From NCBI RefSeq assembly GCF_963506605.1, contig NC_083277.1, forward strand, positions 6,944,001 through 7,008,000: DNA of 64,000 bases, given 5' to 3'. A program made the position numbers and the translations under genes. Under the pieces are notes generated by a model, which saw only the letters and a program-made list of their open reading frames with translations, was not told where the DNA came from and did no database searches. Within the stretch, counting starts at the first letter, position 1. The number at the start of each line of letters is the position of its first letter. Positions 26,385 to 42,449 of this stretch are shown one piece after another. The DNA is from Zootoca vivipara. Lineage: Eukaryota.

Positions 26385-27168
26385 GTAGGTAGCCGTGTTG
26401 GTCTGAGTCAAAAATAATAATAATAAAAAATCCTTCAGTAGCACCTTAAAGACCAACTAAGTTTGTGCATGCACACTTCTTCAGATACACTGAAACAGAA
26501 GTAACCAGACCCTTATGTATATTCAGAGGGTGGGTGGGCTATGGGAATGGGTGATGGGCTGATAGGAGTGGTAAACCTGTTGATGACTGTTAACGACTGT
26601 TAATGACTGCAATTGGTCTTGCGGGGGGGGGGGGAGCAAGGGCTGAGGTGCTAAGGAAAGCTTGATCATGTATAACGAGATAAGAATCCTATGTCTCTGT
26701 TCATGCCAGGTGTCTCCATTGTTTTAAGCTTGGTTGTTGTTGTTGTTTAGTCGTTTAGTCGTGTCCGACTCTTCGTGACCCCATGGACCATAGCACGCCA
26801 GGCACTCCTGTCTTGCACTGCCTCCCGTAGTTTGGTCAAACTCATGTTCGTAGCTTCGAGAACACTGTCCAACCATCTCGTCCTCTGTCGTCCCCTTCTC
26901 CTAGTGCCCTCAATCTTTAAGCTTGGTAATGAGTTGCAATTCAGTGACTTCTCTTTCCAGTCTGTTTCTGAAATTTTTCTGTAATAAAACAGCTACTTTG
27001 AGATCTTGTATAGAATGTCCTGGGAGATTGAAGTGTTCTCCTACTGGTTTCTCTGTCTTGTGATTCCTGATGTCAGATTTATGTCCATTTATCCTTTGGC
27101 ATAGGGTTTGGCCTGTTTGCCCTTCAGCTCTCTATATTGGACAAACAGGCCAAACCCTACGCCAAAGG
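26385..27168 (-). mobile_element. Penelope-like element 3' part (GIY-YIG endonuclease remnants) with BovB insert 26733-26915
   Basis: Inverted piece encodes PSALYIGQTGQTLRQR (YIG motif). Shares the TCAGTAGCACCTTAAAGACCAAC terminus. The BovB insert is flanked by TTTAAGCTTGGT. Confidence 0.8.
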
Positions 27169-27445
27169 TCCAGTCACAGACGACTCTGGGGTTGCAGCGC
27201 TCATCTCACTTTACTGGCCAAGGGAGCTGGCGCACAGCTTCCAGGTCATGTGGCCAGCATGACTAAGCCGCTTCTGGTGAACCAGAACAGCGCACGGAAA
27301 CATCATTTACCTTCCCGCTGGAGCGGTGCCTATTTATCTACTTGCACTTCATGCTTTAGAACTGCTAGGTTGGCAGGAGCAGGGACCGAACAACAGGAGC
27401 TCACCCCGTCATGGGGATTAGAACAGCCGACCTTCTGATCGGCAA
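27168..27445 (-). mobile_element. Sauria SINE
   Basis: Matches 33357-33713 in reverse. Confidence 0.8.
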
Positions 27446-27659
27446 GAAAACCCTTTTACTTGTAATGCATACCTACATCTCGTGGAGCTGTGGTCAAGGT
27501 CTGCTGTGTAGATGTGTGTTATAAGTCAGTATGTACTACAGTAGCATATCTCTAAGTGATCTGGTGCGTTGTTTAACAAAGCAGGGAAAGACCTCACAGC
27601 CTGGAATAAAAATATATCACTTGAATATATCACTTGAATCATATGAAAAGCTGTAGAAA

Positions 27660-28400
27660 GAGATTTTAAAATTCACGGCATGTAGTTAATTAAAAGAAAA
27701 TTATATGAAGATGATGCACCAGTGGTATTTGACTCCAGTAAAGCTTGCTAAAATGTATAAAGATACCTCTAATTTATGCTGGAAATGTAAGGATAACCTT
27801 ACCTTTTTTTCCATATGTGGTGGACGTATGAAAGTAAAGGGCTTATGGGAAATTATATACAATGAATTTTAAAAAACGTTTAAAATTACATTTGTAAAAG
27901 GAAAAAACCAGAGGCTTTTTTTACTAGGTGTAATAGGAGAAGAATTGCCAAGGAAGCAAAAGAGACTCTTTATTTATGCTACTACAGTGGCGAGAATGCT
28001 ACCAGCCCACATGTAAAAAGAAGAAAAGGTCCCAACGAAAGAAGAATGGAAAACTAAGATGATTGACTATGCAGAAATGGCTAAACTTACCGTGAAGATC
28101 AGGCACCAAGATGAGAAAAAATTCAATCTAGAATGGGAAAACTTTATAGACTATTTTAGAGAACACTGTAAAAACGTCAAAACATTGGCAGGTTTGATGT
28201 AATATTTATGAACTAAGAATGGAATTAGGAGGGGGGGAAGTTGAAATTAATTGGAGAAATATAATTATATGCAAGGAAGATGGGGGGGATGGAAACAGGA
28301 GGGGGCGATGGAAAGCCATTCACTGCAAATTTGGATTGGATATCTATGTACTAAAAGGGGAAATGTTGTTATTTTGAAAACTGAAAATAAAATATATATT
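27660..28400 (+). mobile_element. L1 ORF2 C-terminal and 3' fragment
   Basis: CWKC...FFHMWWT zinc-knuckle remnant and L1-type tail. Inverted partial copy at ~22960-23065 and 24660-24840. Confidence 0.75.
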
Positions 28401-28429
28401 TTTTAAAAATAGCTTAGAAAATGTTTTGG

Positions 28430-28690
28430 GGCGCCCGTGCAGCTGATCCACCGGGGCTTTCCGGAGGCGAGGCGAACGCATCTTCTCGCTTTCTGCCCGG
28501 AACAGCCCAGAGGCTCCTGCCGTTCAGCTCCGAAACGGTTAAGAGCAGCGGCGACAGAGCTGAGATTCCTAGAGGGGAGGATAAAAGGCTGATGGTAGAA
28601 CAGCCGCTTCCGCTTCCTGTCTCGCTTCCCCAGGGAGATGCTGGTTATGGCGGCGGCTGTCCTTCCTCGCGGAGGCGCTGGAGGTGCGTA
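28430..28690 (+). promoter_or_regulatory. CpG-rich promoter and non-coding exon 1 of the plus-strand ZNF
   Basis: CpG-dense, donor CTGGAG|GTGCGT at ~28683. Confidence 0.6.
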
Positions 28691-31116
28691 ATATATTTAT
28701 TATAACTGGGGGGGGGGGAGTGGGGGTGCTGCTGGAGGGAGTATGGGGAGGAATTAAAAAACCCTATTAGGCAAACCGTTTCAACGTAGGTTTTTTTTTC
28801 TGTGTCTCCTTTTTATATTCGTCAATTTATTCAGATTTTCACATCTTAATATTTTTTAAAAGAACTCTTGAAAATTGGTCAGCATTTTGGTGCAGATTTC
28901 TCCTCATGCACACACTTTTGCAATGGATATTTCCCATAAAATTTACATTTCCCATAATTTATGCATTCTGTATATAATTCCGCTAAAATGATTCATTTAT
29001 AGGTCTTTCCCCCTTTGTTTTTGGGGTAGGAAATCTTTTCCCAATGGATGGGCATATCTTTCTCCTCCTCTCCTCCCTGAAGGCCAACTTGGGCATGTGG
29101 GTCACCTTCCTTGATCTCTCCATAGGCTTGGGGTCAAGGCAAACCTAATAATAATAAATATAAATATAAATATATTTATACCCCGCCCTCCCTGGCCAGG
29201 ACCGGGCTCAGGGCGGCTAACACGAAATATAAATTACAAAAAACGTAATAGGGAAAAAAAAATTAAAATACAGCTTAAAATATAGTGGATGAGAGATCCA
29301 AATTAATGCAACTGACCACTGATTAATCTCATGGGCTGCCCAGAGCACATTCTAGTCCTGTTGTGTTGGTTTTTTACAGTTGGTAAGGCCTGAGGATATG
29401 GACACGGTGCTTGGATCAGTCAGGGTGACCATTTACACTCTAGACCCCTCTTGCCCCTCTTGGCTGACAAAAACCAGCAGGGAGGGAACAGCTGGCTGGG
29501 CCAGGGAGATGATAGATGCCTTTTTACAAGAGGGGGTGGTTCCTGCATGTTTGAAGGAGGCAGTAGTAAAACCACTCCTTAAGAAACCTTCCCTGGATTC
29601 AGAAAACTTAACTACAGTAACTACCGGCCACTTGCTAATCTCCCTTTCCTGGGCAAGGTTCTGGAGCAAGTGGTCACAAACCAGATCCAAGTGCCTTTGG
29701 AGGAAACTGGTTTTCTGGATACATTTCAGAGTGCCTTCCATCACCTTTGGGTGATGGCCCAGCTACTCCCCTATCTGGACTGGGATAGCCTATCTACCGT
29801 TGTCTATGCTCTGGTAACTTCAAGGTTAGATATAGATACAGATACAGATAAAGATACAGGTATGAATTGGAATTTGGAAACTTCAGCTAGTGCAGAATTC
29901 AGTGACCAGGTTACTCACCGGAGCAAGGAAGTTTGAGCATGTTACACCAATCCTGGTCTGACTGCAATGGCTACCAATTAGTTTCCAGGCCCAATTCAAA
30001 GTGCTGGTTTTGACCTATAAAGCCTTAAATGGCTCAGGACCACAGTACTTCAAGGACTGCTTCTTTCCATATGAACCTAACTGAACCCTGAGATCCCCTT
30101 ATGAGGCCCTCCTTCGTGTGCCTCCTCCTCTAGAGGTCCGGAGGGTGGCAACATGAGAACAGGGCCTTCTCTGGAGACGCTCCCCGTCTGTGCAGTGCTC
30201 TCCCCAGGGAAGTTTGCCTGGCGACATCCTTATACACCTTTGTTGTTGTTTACTTGTCTTAGTCGTGTCCGACTCTCCGTGACCCCATGAACCAGAGCAT
30301 GCCTTGGAAACTCGCTTTTTTTCTCAAAGCTTTTCCTTTTTTTATGTCCATGGAGCTTTCATGGCAAAATATTGGAGTGGGTTGCCAGTTCCCTCTCCAG
30401 GTGGAACACATTGGCTGACCTGTCCGTTTTGGGTGGCCCCGCACGGCATAGATAATAGCTTCTTGGAGTTATTCAAGCCCCTTCGCCACAACAAGGCAGT
30501 GATCCATGAAGGGGTATACACCTTTAGGTGTCATGCAAAGATGTTCCTTTTTACCAGGCTTTTGCTTGATATGTTTGACATCCTATAGCCTTTTTCAAAT
30601 GTAGCTCTTTTTTTGGGGGGGGGTATTGGGTTGTTTATATTCTGATTATATATGATGTGATCCTTTCTTTGAACCACGCTGAGACCTCCGGGTAAAGGGC
30701 AGTATATAAACTCAATAAATAATAATACTAATATTAATACTTTCATTATTTGTACCCCATGGATCTGACTAGGTTGTGCCAGCCACTCTAGCTGGCTTCT
30801 AGCAAATATAAAAGCATAATAAAACATAAAACTTAAAAAACTTCCCCATACATGGCTGCCTTCAGATGTCTTCAAAAAGTTGCATAGTTATTTATTTGAC
30901 AACTGATGGGAGGGCGTTCCACAGGGTTGGCACCACTACCAATAAGGCCCTCTGCCTTGTTCCCTGTAACGTCACTTTGTGCAGTGAGGGAACCGGCAGA
31001 AGGCCCTGGGGCCTGGATCTCGGTGTCCAGACTGAATGATTGATGCTACTGAATAAGGACGCTTCTTTAGCATTTCATCAGTTTGCCTTTTTATTCCATC
31101 AGCACATGTTGAAGGG

Positions 31117-32565
31117 ATGCTAGCAGAAGGGGAGCAATCAGAAGTGTCACCAAAAGGATCCACAGAGGATGAGGAGGAGCAAAGTAATCTGAGGGTTCAA
31201 GATGGAGGCAGCAGGCAAGAGGGGAGGCGAAAGCAAAAGCCGGAGGGTGACTCCGGGACGTCTCAGGGTGGTGAGAATCAAATTCACAGAGAGGAGAAAA
31301 AGCATGTATGCACCGTGTGTGGAAAGAGATTGGGTAGTCGCTCAGCTCTTACCTTGCATCAAAGACTACACACAGGAGAGAAACCATATATATGTTCTGA
31401 GTGTGGAAAGAGCTTCAGTCACAGTAGTGGCCTTACATCGCATCAACGAACTCATACAGGGGAGAAACCTTACAAATGTTTGGACTGTGGAAAGAGCTTC
31501 AGTCACAGTAGTGTCTTTATCTTGCATCAAAGAACTCATACAGGGGAGAAACCATATAAATGTTCAGAGTGTGGAAAGAGCTTCAGACAGAGTGGTGGTC
31601 TTACTTCGCATCAAAGAACTCATACAGGAGACAAACCTTATACATGTTCAGAGTGTGGAAAGAACTTCAGTCGGACTACTTCCCTTACCACGCATCAAAG
31701 ATCGCATACAGGGGAGAAACCGTATACATGTTCAGACTGTGGAATGAGCTTCAGTCACAGTAGCCAGCATAAGTCACACCAACGGATTTATACAGGGGAG
31801 AAACCGTATACGTGTTTGGAGTGTGGAAAGAGCTTCACTCGCAGCAATGCACTTACTAGACATCAACAAACTCATCGAGGCAGCAAACCTTATAAATGCT
31901 GGGAATGTGGCAAGAGCTTCAGTCGCTTTGACTCCCTTTCCTCGCATCAAAGAATTCATATAGGGGAGAAACGATATACATGTTTGGAGTGTGGAAATAG
32001 TTTCAGCCACAGTTGCAGCCTTACCTTGCATCAAAGACTGCACACAGGAGAGAAACCTTATAAATGTTTGGAGTGTGGAAAGAGCTTCTGCCGCGGTAGC
32101 CAACTGACATTGCATCAAAGAACTCATACAGGAGAGAAACCGTATACATGTTTGGAGTATGGAAAAAGCTTCAGTTGCAGTAGCTCCCTTAAGTCTCATC
32201 AAAGAACTCATACAGGAGAGAAACCATATACATGTTCGGAGTGTGGAATGAGCTTCAGTTGCAGTAGCTCCCTTAAGTCGCATCAAAGAACTCATACAGG
32301 AGAGAAACCATATACATGTTCGGAATGTGGAAAAAGCTTCAGTTGCAGTAGCGGCCTTACGTTGCATCAAAGAACTCATACAGGAGAGAAACCGTATACA
32401 TGTTCGGAGTGTGGAAAAAGCTTCAGTTGCGGTAGCTCCCTTACGTTGCATCAAAGAACTCATACAGGAGAGAAACCATATACATGTTTGGAGTGTGGAA
32501 AGAGCTTCAGGTGCAGTAGTCACCTTACTAGACACCAAATAACTCATAAAGGGAGGAAATCTTAG
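31117..32565 (+). CDS. C2H2 zinc-finger gene, 15 fingers (2 with lost Zn ligands; right arm of inverted duplication)
   Basis: 482-aa ORF with acceptor TTTTATTCCATCAG near 31102. Confidence 0.9.
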   Translation: MLAEGEQSEVSPKGSTEDEEEQSNLRVQDGGSRQEGRRKQKPEGDSGTSQGGENQIHREEKKHVCTVCGKRLGSRSALTLHQRLHTGEKPYICSECGKSFSHSSGLTSHQRTHTGEKPYKCLDCGKSFSHSSVFILHQRTHTGEKPYKCSECGKSFRQSGGLTSHQRTHTGDKPYTCSECGKNFSRTTSLTTHQRSHTGEKPYTCSDCGMSFSHSSQHKSHQRIYTGEKPYTCLECGKSFTRSNALTRHQQTHRGSKPYKCWECGKSFSRFDSLSSHQRIHIGEKRYTCLECGNSFSHSCSLTLHQRLHTGEKPYKCLECGKSFCRGSQLTLHQRTHTGEKPYTCLEYGKSFSCSSSLKSHQRTHTGEKPYTCSECGMSFSCSSSLKSHQRTHTGEKPYTCSECGKSFSCSSGLTLHQRTHTGEKPYTCSECGKSFSCGSSLTLHQRTHTGEKPYTCLECGKSFRCSSHLTRHQITHKGRKS

Positions 32566-32791
32566 AAATGTTTGGTGTATGGGAAGAACTTCAGTGACAG
32601 GCTCCCCTCTAAACAGCAAAGAACTCCTACAAGGGAAACATTAGAAATGGTAGGAGTGTGGGAAGATCTTTAATCATATCAAATAACTCCTACAGAGAGT
32701 AAGCCAATGATTGTGTTTAGAATTAGAATTTGCTTCCATTACAATTTTTTTTCCTTTAGTGGCTGGGTTGCAAATTGTTCCCCTGATCAGA

Positions 32792-33071
32792 ATTAAAAAA
32801 TTCCTTCAGTAGCACCTTAAAAGACCAACTAAATTTTTATTTTGGTATGAGCTTTCGTGTGCATGCACACTTCTTCCATACATCACTACTGGGAAAACCA
32901 TAGCTTTAACTATACGGACCTTTGTCGGCACACTTCTTCAGATACCTTTTCTTCAGATACCTGCACACGAAAGCTCATACCAAAAAAAAACCTTAGTTGG
33001 TCTTTAAGGTGCTACTGAAGGAATTTTTTTATTTTGCTTCGACTCAGACCAACATGGCTACCTACCTGTAA
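32792..33071. mobile_element. Palindromic Penelope-terminus insertion with embedded BovB fragment
   Basis: Two inverted copies of TTCCTTCAGTAGCACCTTAAAGACCAACT..GAGCTTTCGTGTGCA; flanking duplication CCCCTGATCAGA. Confidence 0.8.
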
Positions 33072-33356
33072 CCCCTGATCAGAGTTAGATTTCCCCCCCA
33101 AAATTTTCATGGCTTCACAATTTGCATAAATTTTACATCTCTACTCATGCCCCTTTCATTGCTGCCTTGTTAGAAACTGTCCTCTGGTCCTCCCATATGT
33201 CTGTCGTTCACTAAATTGCTTGCACTTCCCATTACAAAGCACAAGCCATTCCTGGGCAGAGAGCTGCTGTACCCCAGAGCTCCCCCCCCCCAAAAAAATT
33301 CAACCTCATCCAGCAGGCAATGCTAAGAACTGAATTCTGTTTAAATGCAGTTTTTA

Positions 33357-33713
33357 AGACGTGGGTGGTGCTGTGGTCTAAACCACAGAGCCTAGGCCTT
33401 GCCAATCGGAAGGTTGGTGGTTTGAATCCCTGCGATGGGGTGAGCTCCCGTTGCTCGGTCCCTGCTCCTGCCAACCTAGCCGTTCGAAAGCATGTCAAAG
33501 TGCAAGTAGATAAACAGGTACCACTCCTATGGGAAGGTAAACAGCATTTCCGTGCGCTGCTCTGGTTTGCCAGAAGCGGGTTAGTCATGCTAGCCACATG
33601 ACCCGGAAGCTGTACGCCAGCTCCCTCGGCCAGTAAAGCGAGATGAGCACCGGAAGCCCAGAGTTGTTTGCGACTGGACTTAACAGTCAAGAGTCCGTTT
33701 ACCTTTACCTTTA
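33357..33713 (+). mobile_element. Full-length Sauria SINE (Squam1-type)
   Basis: GGGTGGTGCTGTGGTCTAAACC head, GGTTTGAATCCC B box and (ACCTTT)n tail. Confidence 0.85.
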
Positions 33714-34476
33714 AGATATATTTGCACAGAAATGTTAAAAAATGCCTGTGTTAGGAAAACAATTTCCTTAAGATACCCTAGTGCAGGCTTTCCCAAGCTT
33801 GGGTCTCTAGCTGTTTTTGGACTACAATTCCCATAATCCCTTATGACTGCTAACTGGGGGTGATGGGAGTTGTAGTCCAGAAAGAACTGGCGATCCAAGT
33901 GTGGGAATCCTGCTCTAGTGAAAGGTGAGGATACGGACATGAACTTTGCTGATTAAATTGTAGATTGCCTCCCCCCCCCCACCAGTCAATTCCACAAGCA
34001 CACAGTGCAACAGGATTGAGTGTGGGGGGGGAGCCTGGTTAATTTCATTGTACACAGGTTGTGCATTGACAATAAAGGTATTGTTATTATTATCTTTCAT
34101 AGCTCTGATAAGAGAGTTCAGGGAGCAAACGGCCCTCTTACTCTGATGCCTTCGCTCCCCCTGCCTTGCTGAGCTTGTGTGTGTCTGCTTCCTTGCAGCT
34201 AAGGGATCTGCTGTTGCTCAGGCTCATGCCGCTATCTTTGCTGCCTTGTTAGAAGCTGCCCACTGGTGCCCCCCACTCACCCCCATATGTGTGTCATTCA
34301 CTATAAGGTTTGCACAAGCCATTTCTCGCCACTGGCAGAGAACCTGCCCAGACCCCAATGTGTCTGTCTGGTGCTCTGCCACTTCTTGTGCCAAAGATTG
34401 CCCATTTTCCCACTAGACACATGGGCAAGAGGGGAAGAAGGCAAGCAAATCCTTAAGATCCCGACAGGAACGCCAG

Positions 34477-34933
34477 GACAAGATCTCAAAGCAGCTGTTT
34501 TATTACAGAAAAATTTACAGACTGGAAAGAGAAGTTGCTGAATTGCAACTCATTAGCAAGCTTAAAACCATGGAGCCATCTGGAATGAACAAAGACATAG
34601 GATTCTTATCTCATTATACATGATCAAGCTTTCCTTAGCACCTCAGCCCTTGCTTTGCCCCCGCAAGACCAATTGCAGTCATTAACAGTCGTTAACAGTC
34701 ATCAACAGGTTTACCACTCCTATCAGCCCATCACCCATTCCCATTCCCATCACCCCCACCCTCTGAATATACATAAGGGTCTGGTGGCTTCTGTTTCAGT
34801 GTATCTGATGAAGTGTGCATGCACACGAAAGCTCATACCAAAATAAAAACTAAGTTGGTCTTTAAGTTGCTACTGAAGGAATTTTTTTAATTTTGTTTCG
34901 ACTCAGACCAACACGGCTACCTACCTGTAACTA
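34477..34933 (+). mobile_element. Penelope-like element 3' end (GIY-YIG C-terminus and terminal repeat)
   Basis: Encodes ..EREVAELQLISKLKTMEPSGMNKDIGFLSHYT*, followed by a terminus carrying a hammerhead motif. Confidence 0.8.
34801..34838 (+). ncRNA. Minimal type I hammerhead ribozyme motif (PLE-associated)
   Basis: GTAT-CTGATGA-A-GTGTGCATGCACAC-GAAA-GC-TC-ATAC: core boxes, palindromic stem II, stem I GTAT/ATAC and minimal palindromic stem III AGCT. Confidence 0.75.
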
Positions 34934-35208
34934 GTCATTTTAAGTTTTTTTTACTAATAATTTAATTGTTTTATTTTTCCTGAACTATGGATTTTTCAAA
35001 AATGTATATGTATAGTAAAGTTGCATGTAAATCTTACGGAACAAAATAATAAATGCCTACAAAAGATGTCATAGCAAAACAAGCATGCAATTCCTAAGAG
35101 GCCATTTACAACTCGTTTCAGTGCAGGTTTTCTGAGGAGTCAGTCCCACTGTTCCCAACAGGTGCTTAATCTCAGGGGAAGGCAGATAAATTCAGTTTTG
35201 GGATTCCC

Positions 35209-35796
35209 TGTGGGAATGTTCAGGGATGGGAGAGGGTATATGGTTTGATTATATCCTTTCCAACTTTAACAAGTTCCACAATTTAGCAGAGTAACATTCC
35301 CCTTTTTAGACTTCCACAGTGGATGCGTTTGCTTAGGCTCGCTAAAGCCTCTAAAATGTTTTGTTGATAATTCCCCATTTAGTCCCTCGTAAAAAGATAG
35401 ACACAACACAGTCTTCTATAAAAGTATAAAAAGAGTTTACTCACAGATTCTGTTCACAATTGGATCCCAGAAGGCAGGCTTAGCTTAGAAAAGTAATATA
35501 CCTGGAAACTATCCCATAAGTAGACAGTCCCTTTGTCCTCTCTTGGCTGAAAGCCAAGTGAGCATCTTAAACTAAGCAGATGTTGCTTCTTCAACGAATG
35601 TAGTCAGAGAGAGAGAGATGGCGGCCCGTCCTATGCTTTTGTTGCCTGCACAGGTGAGGCCACACCCACCTCTAGTCACATGCAGAGGAAGTCTGTCCCA
35701 GTGTGGGAGAAACAGGAAGTTCTGACTGGCTGGTCTAGACATCCCCTTTTATGTCCACTCTAGGGATCTTGTACTTGACTGCTCTTGTGTTTCACA
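35209..35796. mobile_element. Solo LTR (ERV-like), 588 bp
   Basis: TGTG...CACA termini with 4-bp TSD TCCC on both sides. Confidence 0.75.
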
Positions 35797-35985
35797 TCCC
35801 ACATTCCCCAGGCAGAAGAGATTTTGATGCGTTAAGGGTTAAATGCAGTGAAAGAGGAAATTGTGCTTTTCCGTCTTATCTGCTTGCCTTAACTCTGCAG
35901 GCTTACCCAAAAGGTCTTGGGTGTTACAGATCCTTTCCTCACTATGAGTGCCACCTGGCTCAGATACAGTTCCATCACAATGTGA

Positions 35986-38048
35986 TCTATATATATAAAA
36001 ATGTAAACTTATTGAAAGTGTCGGCCGCACTTTTCTCCGTAACCACTTGATCAATCGTCCTGAAATTTTGACACAACGATCCAGGCCACTCCCCGAGGGT
36101 TGTTGGGGACAAAAAACCCTCAAATTTCGCATCTGGGCAGGTAGAAACCTGGTTTTCCACCAAGTCAAACAGCGCCCTCAAGTGGCGTTATACCCTCCTC
36201 CACCCCCTCCCTTCCTGTGAAATCTAAGCCATACCCACAAACCAAATGACATCATCAACCAAGCAACTGAAACCACCAAGGCGGCCATTATCAGACCCCT
36301 AGGCCTTTGTTTTATGTAGGCCCCTGCCAGGCCCCCACTAGGCCCGGGGGGGGGAGATAACCCACAGCAACGCACTTGGGGGCACGGCAAGGGGTTTTTA
36401 CTTTACAATTTAGCATCACTACCCGCCCCCCAAAATCCCCCAACAAATAACCACAAGACAAAAATAAATACCATCCTTCAAAACGTCATGAGATACGCCG
36501 GTCACGGAGGGGGGGGAACAAACAGAATAGATCATGGATCGGGACATGGAACAGTCACAGGGATTAGCCACAACAACGCGCCACACCCACAAACCCCGCC
36601 TCCGCCACGAGATCCTGTAAAACAGGGGGACTCTGAGGCTCAGGGGGATCTGAAGGGGGCCTATTACCAGACAACCCACAGAGTCAGGCCAGGGCCAAGG
36701 AATGAAGATACAGGGTGGAGGCCTTGGGTCACATTTAAATACTAGCCCAAGCCAAGGCCTCGCCTCTACTTTACAGCCTAAAGACTAGGCCTCGGCTCCC
36801 TTTTACAGACTAGGCCTCAGCTCTACAGCCCTTTAAATACTATCCCGAATGGAGCCCTGGGTGTGAGGAGCCCAAATAGGTCATGGGCTGACGTAGGGCG
36901 GGGGGAGCAACTGTCCACATCAACCACCAAAACAGCTATTCCACCCCCAAAGCCCAAGCCTCTCCTGGCAGCTGAATATTTGACACACACACCCGGTCGG
37001 GATTTTTAAAGTAGTTCTCTGGGTCCCAGGGTGCATCATCACCCCCGCTCCTTAATCTAAATATATAGAAATGTTCACGATGCGTGCGCAGGGGCCAATG
37101 TATGGAGATACAGTGGGGAGGGGACAACAGAGGGCTCAGACAAAGTAAATACTGGGAAATGGAACCCAGAAACTGACAGTTCCTTAAGTTGTCAGATATT
37201 TGCAGTGCCCAATTTCCCCCCCCCCCAATTTACAATCCCCTACCTTCCCCTTGCCACTTCCTGGGTTTTTTATGGAACTGAACAACTCGGGTGCTTCAGA
37301 ACGCGCCTTCTGTTGCCAGGCCCTTGCAGGGCCAGACAGAGGCCCGGGCCAGGTAGATAATGTGGCCCTGTTTTTAACCCTTTTGTTACTTTTTTCATTT
37401 TACTGATTGTGAATATGCTGACCGAGGCCCCCTTTGGATTCGGAGGCCCACGCCAAGTGGGCCATATGAGCCCCCCTCCTTCTGTCTGGGCCTGTCTGTT
37501 GCTATGGGGCTGTGGGGCTTCACTATTTGACGCCCCCCCAGGTCGGGATTTTAAAAGAAGTTCTCTGGGTCCCAGGACGCATCATCACCCCCGATCCTTA
37601 ATCTAAATATATATAAATGTTCACGATGCGTGCGCAGGGGCTAATGTATGGAGATACAGGGGGGAGGGGACAACAGAGGGCTCAGACAAAAGTAAATACT
37701 GGGAAATAGAACCCAGAATCTGACAGTTCCTTCTCCAAGGGTGGGGGCCAATGTAGGAAGATACCGCGGGGTGGGGGGGTGGGGCCAACACTCCCCAGGG
37801 ACAACAGAGGGCTCAGACAAAAGTGCATTCTGGGAAATAGAACCCAGAACCTAACAGTTCCTTTTCGAAGGGTGGGGGCCAAGGTATGGAGATACAGGGG
37901 GGAGGGGCCAACACTCCCCAGGGACAACAGAGGGAAGGGTATCCTACCAGCGGGGTGGAGGGAGGAGGGGCAGGATACGTCATGGATCAGGACAGGGTGG
38001 GGGGGATCACAGGAAAGAGCCACAGCAACGCATGGCCGGGTCAGCTAG
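35986..38048 (+). mobile_element. Non-autonomous Helitron
   Basis: 5' TCTATATATATAAAA, subterminal hairpin GCCACAGCAACGCATGGC, 3' CTAG; inserted between A and T with no TSD. Confidence 0.85.
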
Positions 38049-38388
38049 TTGCTTGTAAGAATCTGTGTTTGACAGTGGAACGGTCTCCCCTTCCTTGTAG
38101 GTTTTTAAGCAGAGGTTGGATGGCCATCTGTCAGGGATGCTTTAGCTGAGATTCCTGTATTGCAGGAAGTTGGACTAGAGGACCCTCTGCGTCCCTTCCA
38201 ACTCTTAAGATTCTATGGAAGCTGCCCATATACAAACATCCCCCCTCACCCAGCTCATTCACAAGGTGGGAACATAAATAATGCAGGAAAGTTGAAATGC
38301 AATCTTCGACACACACCCTTTAACACAGTGGCTCCCAGACTTATTCTGGCTAGCACCTTCTTGGTTCCATAAAATTGTCCCAATGCCC

Positions 38389-38429
<41 letters not shown>

Positions 38430-39199
38430 GAATTTATATACCATCCTATACCCAGGGGTTCCACTAAGGAAGATAATAAACATAAATAAATAAAACAAAC
38501 ATAGACATCAGGGTTTGTAGCCACTGATGGATGAGTCCCTGAATTTATACAAGTGGGTGGCTCAGTATTGCCTCTGTACATCTCAGCAGGGAGGAGACAA
38601 CTACCAGACCAGGCCCCATATATCTGACTAGATGATCATCGGCACCCATTCCAACTTTACAATTTTCAATTCTATATCCTGCCTTTTCCTCCAAGGAGCT
38701 GAAGCTGGCATATAGTTCGTCCCCTCCTCCTTTAATCCCCTACAACAACCCTGTGAGGTAGACTGGGCTGGGAGGCATTGACTGGCCCCATGGCCACCTG
38801 GTGGGAAATTCAATCCCTGGTCTCCCAAGGCCATAGTCCAGCACTATAACCACTACACCACACTGCCTCTCACCACTGCCTAAGAATTCCCAACATTGTG
38901 AAAGTTGAGATCAGAGTTCCCAGAAATGAGAGATTGTTCCCCATCCCAGCTGCCTTGTCTTCAAAGGGTTAAAGATGAAGTGCAGGATTCCTAGACAGGC
39001 AGGGAACTGGAGGAGCAGCTTAATCCTCCAGGGCAAGCGCCCCTCCTTCCTCCTGCCTTGTGCATGGTCCTTTTGCAGAAGAGAGGCTGCAGAGGTTGGA
39101 TGGGTGAAGCAGGCAGGGAGGCTGGGGCCGGATCCAGCTCCAACCCAGAGCAGCTTGGAGCAGGACGTGAGGTTCCTCCACCTCTGGCTCAGCCCGTTT

Positions 39200-42449
<3,250 letters not shown>

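Noticed and set aside
38388-38428. (TAT)n, (GT)n and (GATA)n microsatellites (also ~4865, 57322, 62826)
   Set aside because: Ordinary simple repeats, mostly retroelement tails.
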